A stretch of 64,000 nucleotides of DNA, taken from assembly GCA_009103225.1 (NCBI GenBank), contig RHPI01000797.1:495064-559063 (forward strand). The letters are read 5' to 3'. Of the stretch, positions 54,531 through 64,000 are shown in pieces. The position numbers and the translations under genes were made by a program. How positions within the stretch are numbered: position 1 is the first letter of the stretch; the number at the start of each line of letters is the position of its first letter. The notes beneath the pieces are model-generated. The model was not told where the DNA came from, made no database searches, and saw only the letters and a program-made list of their open reading frames with translations. The stretch comes from Chlorokybus atmophyticus (Eukaryota; Plantae; Mesostigma and Chlorokybus algae).

Positions 54531-55051
54531 AGGACCGGAACTGCTAGTTGCCGTGCAATTGGTCCAAGCAACTATTGGCAAATCAAGTACTGAAAGCACC
54601 GTATGGGTACCATCACTAATAATCTACTTGTAGACGATAATGTGCTGTGTGGCTTTACTGCCGACGACGCCAAGTGTCACCAGTCACAAAACGCAAAAAA
54701 TGTTGCCACTTTCTGAACTTTGCATTAACTATATCAGTGGCCGATACTTAATATCTTTCATTGTACATCATGTATTTCATTATTAATGTGTCAATAATAT
54801 CAACAATGCATATAATATTCACAACAGTAAACAACTGATATTCAAGCTTGAACGCAACTAGATTTGCTGGCGGCGGTGGCCTGAATGTCAGCGGCAGAGG
54901 CGGCGCTGGCTGGGGCGGCGCTGGCAGCGGCAGGTGGTGGAGGCGTCAGCAACGTTGTGCGGAGTACGCAAAGTGACTGGATGGGTGTGCATCCATCCAC
55001 ACGCAGGCAAGCACACTCGCACAGACAGTCAGCAGCCCCTCCCTCCTACCN

Positions 55052-55366
<315 letters not shown>

Positions 55367-56944
55367 TCGCACGCATGCACATGCTCACAATCTTGCACGC
55401 CTTTAAGCGCTCATCGTGTGCCGCACACACGCTCACAAACTCTCTGTCATTTTACAACTGACTTACATCCTATACATACGACACGCATAAACTCTCACTC
55501 TATACACAAACTCTCTATCTAACTCAGTACACGCACCAACTCCTATTGTGTACCCCCCGCACACACGCACAACGTCTGACTCATCACACAGGCCTACCAA
55601 CTATCAATACATACACACACGCACACACATGCGCTAACTCATGACACATACACAGGCACCCAAACTCTAGCTGCACACACACGCGCTCAAACTCATTGCA
55701 CATACAACCACACACGCAAACTCTGCACGTACTAACTCATCAGATGTATACACGCATCAACTTGCATGCGTACACACGCTCTGGGTGCATACATAAGCAC
55801 ATACACGCTCTGACTCATCACACACGTTAGGCTACTGTTAAGTAGTAAACGCAAAAGCCTTGAACCTATCCACCACGCGCATATACCATCGGCTTGCCAC
55901 TTCTGCGGTTTGCGCCGTACACCAAATGCATCGGTGGGAGCTCATACCAAATTGCCTGCAACACAAAGTTAGGGTCTGTGGTATGACGTGAACAGCCTAG
56001 TAGGCTTGCAAGTGAGTGATGTGCATGCTGTGACAGCCTCGCCTTAGCAATCTTGGTTGTCTTACTTGTGCCATCGCATTGGAGATGTTAGCATCCACGA
56101 TAACATGAAAAATCTGGCTTCCATCAGTATGAATGCAGTGCACTGAAGAACCGAGTGCTTACTGCTATGTCTGACAGCACACGCATATTGCATGCACATG
56201 GACACGCACGCTCGCTCACGCCGTGTGTGCTACAGTTATGGCGTCATTTAATGGCAGGGACGTCGACGAGGATGACGTGCAGCGTGAAGCAACCACAAGC
56301 ACCGCTAACAACAATTGATAATTTGGTCGCACGCAAACATGAAGTGCGGTCCAAGAGTATGCGCACCAAATACAACAGCGGTCTTAAACCATACTCGACC
56401 AGTGTTGGGCTGATCAATGCTGTAAGCTATGACAAAGTCAATTATGTATAGGCCGCTCATGCATAGGAATGGTGCGCTGGGCGGTAACTTCTCAATCGTA
56501 TCGACATCAACACCGCGAAAACCTGTATATAACCATGTATGGCGCGGATGTCCGCACCAGGGGGCAGTAGCGCGCGGTGGAAGCCGCTTACTAGGGTAAA
56601 AACCTTGCGTATAACCGCGAAAACCAACCATGGTCCGGATTCCCTCGATAGTCACCACTGGTTTAGCGCTGATCGCGCCGATTTGGTTTGATAATAGTTA
56701 AAGCTTAATATGGTTGATGGAGTAGCTTAAGAAGCAACATGAAAAAACAAATTAGCATTATTACCGTGCAGACGACGTTACCCAATTCGTTTGTCTCCAA
56801 CCGTACTCAAACCGGGGCATGCGGCATAGAATTGAGACGTTTTGCCGGCTGCACCATGCGGTCGCTCGTGGTACATCCGGCAAATGAGGACTATTATAAA
56901 GTTTACTCCGCAGTTAGGTTGCACCTTTTGCCTCACTAAGCCGC

Positions 56945-57165
56945 GGAGCGAAAGATGCGACATAACTGCCGCCAACTGACCAAAGCTATTGCCCGGTCAC
57001 CTAGAGCATAAGGTGCGCGCCCTAGCTGCGGCCAACTGACCAAGACTATGTCGCGGTCAATTGGCGCAAAAGGTGCGCGACATAATAGCCGCCAATTGCT
57101 TGAGGGTAGTTTTCGGTTAGTTGAAGCAAAAGGTGCGCGGATTTAACTGCGGCCTACTGACCAAA
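56945..57165. repeat. Four degenerate tandem units of about 59 bp upstream of the Crypton-like ORF
   Basis: Recurring (A)AAGGTGCGCG...AACTGCSGCCAACTGACCAA. Confidence 0.75.
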
Positions 57166-57514
57166 CGGGTTCGATTCAGCATGTCTGCACTAGAGGCCGC
57201 GCGGCATGGTAAAAAATGTCGTAGTAGACGTGGTTTGCAGTCGTGAACGCCTGGATTGCGGCTTCATTTTGCCGTGTAGACTGGTCGCAGAGTGGTAACC
57301 AGCCGCACCAGGAAATAACCATGGTGCGGACGTCCGCGGCCATGTATCCGCACCATGCTTGGGGCGGATCCCATTGGACCAGCTTTGACGCGACCTCCCT
57401 GGCGCGGCCGGTCGTACCAGGCCTGGTTTGGTTTCGTGGAACCCTAGTGCAGAACGGCTTTCCGCCGTGAAAGCAAGTTGGGGACTTTTTATTGGCTTCC
57501 CAAACAGAAAAATA

Positions 57515-59990
57515 GAACAAGTTGCAGCTGTATGTGAAAAGCCTGCAAGATGCTGCAGAAGACCACGTTGTACGTGACCGAGCACCCGCGGCCATCAATG
57601 TGCGAGCCAGTGAGATTGTTCACAGAGTGCTTGTCAATGCCAAGATGGGCATGGCAGCCGCTGCGAAAAGGTGTGTACATAGTGGTGAGGCAAATATGAC
57701 GAGCTTTGGGCTGCTTCAGTAACAATGCGTGGTGATTGGTTATTTATATTGCATGCAGAGACTTCAGAGGTTGCTTGGCCATTACCAATGCGGAGCAGTA
57801 TTCGTCGGAGCGATATTAGCAAATGCACGAGTATTGATCACAAAAATGTATTAAAGCTAGCCCGGCCAAGCAGGCTGCCTACCTGCGCAACCGGTTAAAG
57901 TTGTGCTTAAATCATACATCCATATATATGTGGTGATGCCAACCCGTGCTTACAATTGTCCCTTATGATACATGTAAGATATGGCGCTCAGGCACGCATG
58001 CATGTGCTGGAGGAGATGTGGCACGTGGATGTGAAGAATGTGACTTCTTCACATATCAGTACAATGACTTCATGGGCCCAGACAAAGCTACCGTTTTCTG
58101 CTTTATCTCACGCAATGGCAAGACGGATGAGGTAAGCTTGAACATGTTACTTGGTATTATGCATGTTGCTCATACGGGTACGGGTAATGCACAGAACGGC
58201 AACACCGAGTACTTTGACGGGTTGTGGCACTGAAACCCTCTCGAGTGCTTGCAGAACGCGATGGCTTTTCATCTCTTCTTCAAGTACTATATTTCAATCA
58301 GCCATCCCATGACTTTTCATCCAAAAGGAACTGGTACATACATATTGGTCATTGTTATGTCACACATGATGTGCGCACAGTGTGTAAGTATGCGAACAAA
58401 GAGGTATGGAACCTCACTGTTTCCGGGAATGAAGGCAGGATAGCCCATTGCGCACCAGCAATACAAAAGCACATGTGAAGCATTTCGCAAGTGTCAGGTG
58501 GTAACAGGACGGGCGAATGTGCACGCTTTGCGTAAGGAATCATCACAGCCGGCGATGAATGCCGGGTAAATCAGCATGTCAATGCCTGTGCATAACTTTG
58601 CATAAGTGCAAGTTCATGTAATGCCAATTAACTACCGCAGTGCAACAGAAGCAGGGGTGAAGCAAAATGGATATTGAATCAATGATCATTTCAGCAGCTG
58701 GACGCGACAACCGGCGCGGTAGTCGCAGGTTTTAGCAACCAAGATCTGAAGACAAAGCATGCCTTGCCTAGATCCCGGTTCCAATTTCCGACTGCCATTT
58801 GAGAGATGATCTCCCCGAGTTTAATGATGCTTTGCGGTATTTAGAGCAGATATACATCCTCTTTCACAACAAAAAACATGAAGTTGTCGTAAACCATGTA
58901 GCATTTATGTAGCGTTGCTTGACTGGCAAAGAAGACGAGAGGGACTTCACTGCTTACTGACATGTAGAGGTGTTGGATTACTTTCGTGTGTTTTAATTTG
59001 CAAGGTAACTACACATCCCTATGTTGCATGACATCATCTTAACTGTGCTCAGTTTGTATTTGATAATGATCCGAGTGTGCCCTAATAGAATGTCGCCATG
59101 CTGCAGCGCGAGCGCATTTAGCTGCGCGATGACATCGCGTATGGCATGCCTGATTTGTGCACATGAGCTATTCCAGACGGAGGCATTCCGAGAGTGGGCT
59201 GGAACTGTTGTGGAGGCACACAACCTGTTCATGCGGGCTACCAACCAATACATTGATCTGCCTGATCAGGTAATACAAGCGGCATGTGCACGTGTTGACA
59301 TGTACAAATACGTGCTGAGTCCATATATAGTCCGCTCATGTGGCCTCTACATTGCGTGCTTGGTGTGCGCTTCAGCGCGCTATACATGATCGTCTTAAGG
59401 TGTACATTACGGAGCAGCGCGAGCTGTTTGCGCGAGTGGCGAGAATTGAGCAAATGTTGGCAGCATCCTCCTCATCCTCACCACAACAAGAAGCGGATAA
59501 GTGCAACTTGTTATAGCAGAGGTGTTTGTAATGACTTTCATACTCGTTGTAGCACTGTATGCAGCTGGTTAGCAGGCAGCGGCATGAACATCTGACGCGC
59601 AAGGGGCCCCTCCTGCCGCTGCGGCAGCGCGCAAACCACCGCAGTACACCCTGGCGATGAACCTGACATCTGTTGTAGAGATTTGGACAGAGTTTGCGAA
59701 AGGCATAAAAGGCGGACCAGCTGTAAGGTAGTTGAAGCGGCTGTACACAATCTTCTGGCGAGTAGGGATGAGCATTTGCGCAAGCTTTCAACAAGCGCAG
59801 TGTGCTATATAAAGCAATTGATGTGAACGCTCGAAAGGATTCCATTTCTTGAAAAATAAAGGAGGAGGCAGCTTTCGCATGGGACAAGTATTGTGAGACC
59901 ATTCCCACGACAAGGGGAAGCGGCGGCGAGCGATAACAGACTTTGTCGACATGCTTAACAAACGTGCAACGCCACACAGCATTGAAGAGG
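57515..59990 (+). mobile_element. Decayed CryptonF-like tyrosine-recombinase transposon (NDC10-II-like YR plus GCR1_C); ends not defined
   Basis: Candidate catalytic residues SIRRSD (57797-57814), SRNGKT (K 58120), GLWH*NPLECLQNAMAFHLF, NVHALRK (HxxR 58522-58533), VAGF; C-terminal YTLAMNLTSVVEIWTEFAKGIKGGPAV...WR...KRSVLYKAI resembles GCR1_C. Probable introns. Confidence 0.72.
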
Positions 59991-60263
59991 ATGGAGAGGT
60001 GGCTTAGGTCACTCATCATGTTCGTGCACATCATGTAGATAATGTACATGTGCTTGTATATGCGCGCGTGTGCGCGTACATGTGCCGCCGTACATCTGTT
60101 TGCACATGGGAACGCATGTATGCAAATCATACATTCATAACCATCATATGTTACGTAATCAGCTACTACTACTAGTACTACTACTATAGCTACTACTAAC
60201 CACTATTGAAAAGTTTAAATGCAACAAGCTACGGGAGGTTTAAGCTCTATGACACGGCCAATA

Positions 60264-60783
60264 TGTAACGGGAAGGTACATTAGATTACCATAAATCGAC
60301 CATGAAAGCACCAAGTCTTTTGTAGTCGAGTGGGCTGTGACATTGGTCATCGGAGCTTGAGTCCCAGGTTCGATTCCTGCCTTGCACACAAATTCCGCGG
60401 TCATTGTTTCTCGATCCCATAACATCGTAAATGGTCATAAGTGCCATCATCGATGGGTCGCAACTTGCCTAATGGCAGTCGCGCCGGCGTTCAGTCGGCG
60501 CGGCAGGACGCAACCTGCCTGTCGCGATGCGACCTGTGGGGCCGGCAGCGGTGCGCTACTCGCGTGTTGACCGGTATGGGCCTAAATTGGCCGGTCCTTG
60601 GGCGGTGGGGCCGGTGACCGACCCTAATCAGAACCCTTGGGATGATACCCCAGCTGATGCGAGGCAGCTGCCGAGGACGTCAGCGTTCTTAAGTGGGGGC
60701 GAATGTAACGGGAAGGTACATTAAATTACCACAAATCGACCATAAAAAGCACCAAGTCTTTTGTGGTCGAGTGGGCTGTGATA
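60264..60783 (+). mobile_element. TRIM family 2, second copy
   Basis: LTRs 60264-60342 and 60704-60783; PBS TTGGTCATCGGAGC; PPT AAGTGGGGGCGAA; homologous to 23987-24522; TSD not evident. Confidence 0.9.
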
Positions 60784-61431
60784 GTTACATATATGATATT
60801 AAGGCGTAGGTGATCATATGCATTCATTGGATGGTGGCTGATGTGTCAACTATGCAACTACGCAGAGCTGCACTATTTGGCTGCTGTTGTCTAATTGCCG
60901 TGTCGCACGATCCGGAGGGACGCTTTTTAAGACAGTGGCTGGGGCTGATTTTGCAGGCTTGAGATCTTGGAGAAATCGCCGAATGTAAGTAAAATCGCTG
61001 ACCGTGCACTTTTCATGATATGCGAGTTCCATTTACTCGCACACGCGGCGCTCTATCATTTGAAAACCTTAACCATGGAACGCTCGCTGCGTGCAGACAA
61101 ATTTGAACTCAGGCTGCTCAAGATGTGCGCGCGATGCTCTGCCTACTTCGCCACGCGGTGCGGCAAACGACGAGGACGCTGCGTGTAGCGAACCACTAGC
61201 CACAAAAGCACGAAGTGTGTTTTTTAGCCATTGTGGCATTATTATCGGGTTGCTTCGATACCATGACAACGAACCACTAGGCCACAAAAGCACGAAGTGG
61301 GTTTTGTGACCAGTGTAGCGTTATTGTCAGGTCGTCCCATGACACTGCATGATAAGCAATGACAATGTCCGCTGTCGCGGCGGAACGCATCGCAATGTTG
61401 ATGTTGTTCTATGTCGCTCTAAGTGCATTTG

Positions 61432-63720
61432 TGTAACAGCCTGAACCCTTTTCCATATTGTACTGCATGTCTAATATGTGTTTTGCCTTTGTTTTGGCTT
61501 TACAAAGGCTTTATAAAGGGCTTTTACAAGCTGTACAGGCGGTGCTCGGCTGCAGTACGCGACTCCGCCTGCGTCCTACCCAGTAGTAGCAGCTGCCTGC
61601 CGGCGATGTGACCTACTGTGAGACAGCGGTGACGCAGCTGACGAGACTACACGGTGCGGTACCTGCCTTGACGCGAACTGTACAGTCAGCTACCGCTACG
61701 CAGTACCTTGTGACGCGGAGTGCACAGTCAGCTGCTGCGTGAAAGGTACCCCGACGCGCGGGGCAGCCACTTGCACTTCTACAGGTCCTTTAGTTTTGAT
61801 TTGGAAAATATAGACAAGACGCCTGGTTAATAGACTGCTTGGTTTGTATGCTTGTATATATAAAAATCCTGTGTAATATAACCAACTTTTCTTTCTGCTC
61901 TCTGCTGTGAGTATGCTGGTGTATGCTTGAGAGAGGCGTGATACAAGCCACATTGTTGCGTTTTTGCTTGGCGCGGGAAGTATTGGTGTTCGTATGCGTG
62001 TGTACGCTCGACGCGTGCGTGCGTGCGCGGGAGAAGGCAAGGTTCCGGTGTGAAGACTGTGCTCAGCTGGACACATGTGTTGTATGATCTGTGTGCTGTG
62101 TATGTGAGCACGAGCATTGTTACAGTGGTATCGGAGCCCTTGGAAGGGTTGGGTTCTTGTTTTAAGGGGATTTTAACTATATCTGTAGTGTGTGACGTAT
62201 TTTTCTGTTTATGGACGCTACCATGGATGATGCCCATGTTGTGGAGCTTCAGCAAGTGCTGGTGGCTATTTACGAGGAGCTGCAACGTATTCAAGCATCT
62301 GCCCAAGCTCAAGCGGCACAATTTTAAGAAGTCTTGGCTCAAGTGCGCGCGGCTACGCCCATTGCTGCACCTATGGCTCTTCCACCAGCCTCTCGCCATG
62401 TGAAAGTGCCAAAACCGCAGCCATTCAAGGGCGAGAGAGATGGTGACTGCGTCGAGGAGTGGGTGTTGGCTGTCTCTTCATGGTTGAAGCTTACTGAGGT
62501 AACCGTACATCTCCATGTCGATGTGGCTGCTACTTCCTTTGAGGGAGCTGCACTTGTGTGGTGGCATCATCGCTGTGCTCGTGTGGAAGCTAGTCTTGAG
62601 GTTCCCTTTGTCACCGTGGCTGAGCTGGCCGCTCAGGTGAAGAAACAGTTCGTGCCGGTGCAAAGCATGAAGACGGCACGTGATCAGCTCTCTACACTTG
62701 TGCAAACACAGTCCATGATGGCCTACGCGTCTGCGTTTCAGCGTCTTGTGCGCTCCATACCCAACATGACTGAGGAGGAGCAGCTGGACCGCTACACGCG
62801 CGGGTTGAAGACTCTTTGTCGCAAGGAAGTTGAGCTTCGTGACGCCAAGTCTCTTGCGGAGGCCATTCGCATCGCCGAGCGTACGGACGTGTTGTATTTC
62901 AAGGGTACCGCCAAAGACACTGATTGTGGACGCTTCACTCAGTCGCGGGGAGGTTTGTATCGCTCATACACACCGTTGGAAGCTGGTTCAGGAGCTGCAA
63001 CAGCTGCGGGGGCTGGCCTGGGACCTACACCAATGGAGTTGGGCGTTCTCTATGCCTCATAGAAGGATGTGAAAGGTTGGGAAGATGTCAAGGCAGTTCG
63101 GAAGTGTTGGGAGTGCTCTTCCACTGAGCATATGCGCTCCAACTGCCCCATCTTCAAGGCAAAGTCGGCTGCACATGCACGCAACGCGCGCGGCGGTGGA
63201 TGTGTGAATACGGTGGAGGAGGAGATGTTGCAGTCAGGAGACGGCTCACCTTAGTAGCTAAAGAGGCTGCTGCTGGGGTTGTGATGGAGCCTCATTCTGA
63301 TGTTGACAATTCAGAGCCTTTCGTGGATGCGTCGATGACTGTTGGCGGCATGTGCGCAACGGCGACGCGGAACGGTGTGGTTCGTGTGCTTGACAAGGTG
63401 AGGCAGCTGCTAACAATCACGGCCATGATATGTGAGGGTCATGGGCCTTGGGTGGAGTACAAATTGCTGGTGGATAGTGGCGCGAACAGCAACTTCATGA
63501 ATCACGAGGTTGCGCGTCGACACAAGTGGCTCTCGTGGGCGAATGCCGGCTCCGTGACTCTCGCGGACGGCCGTGCGCCAACCGGAGCTATAACGCTGAG
63601 CAAAAAGCTTGAAGTTCACGCTGGGATGATGAAGGATAGCCTACGGTTTTGCTGCATCGACATTGGCAACGGCTTTGATGGCATTTTGAGGCTACTTTGG
63701 CGGGTGGTGGTATGGCTATG
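61432..63720 (+). mobile_element. 5' part of a Ty3/Gypsy element: LTR, PBS, gag, CCHC knuckle, protease
   Basis: TGTAACA (61432)...TGTTACA (62124); PBS TGGTATCGGAGC 62126-62137; gag ORF 62334-63062 (VPKPQPFKGERD...FEGAALVWW...RDQLSTLVQTQS); CWECSSTEHMRSNC; protease KLLVDSGANSNFM. LTR start is inferred. Confidence 0.85.
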
Positions 63721-64000
63721 ACACGCTTGGGTGCTTCGTACCGTAGTGAGTGTTTGGTTTAAGAGCGTATGAGCTGCATCGCATGCCTGCCAGCAGTGCA
63801 CCGCATGCGTGTGAGGTGCATGGCGTAAAGGCGTGCCAGCAAGATGCACAACATGCTTCTGGCTCGAGGGGGGAGGATCTGGAGCTGGAGTCACAAGTTT
63901 GCTAAGGCTTAGATCGAGATCTGGTGCGGGAACGTGTGAAGGATGCATCGTTGTGTATGGTGCGTGACACACCGCCAAAGTTAGATCCAAAGCTGGTTGG

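Noticed and set aside
54470-54540. Functional tRNA gene
   Set aside because: Only A and B boxes are present; no acceptor-stem pairing or anticodon arm could be built.
53500-55040. Minus-strand exon candidates (NTYSNSDFLTTHPLAV...; Ala/Pro-rich 54860-54990)
   Set aside because: Each ends in a stop and they could not be joined into a gene model.

Overview
Repeat-rich eukaryotic genomic window. The Rubisco activase resembles land-plant rather than Chlamydomonas RCA, which suggests a streptophyte green alga (inference). Three spliced host genes can be reconstructed: TFIIH p34/Tfb4 (+, 1087-3386), an RVE8/LCL-type SHAQKYF MYB (-, 4504-6972) and Rubisco activase (-, 44306-46795). The RCA gene has a terminal exon encoding the two-cysteine redox extension, missed by the ORF track. 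Most of the rest is nested transposons. The most notable is a decayed Ty3/Gypsy element (about 21.3-31.1 kb) whose pol carries a C5 cytosine DNA methyltransferase between protease and RT, plus a C-terminal PHD finger. It is interrupted by two inverted CACTA-like elements and a TRIM. Also present: a structurally complete chromovirus (34254-41251, TSD ATAGG) with a possible adenine-MTase-like remnant, an intron-containing pogo/Tigger transposase, CryptonF-like tyrosine-recombinase remnants, the 5' part of another Gypsy, and two TRIM families whose LTR/PBS junctions are straddled by tRNA-type Pol III A and B boxes. Domain calls come from motifs read by eye; no searches were run. N gaps and poly-C tracts limit reliability locally.
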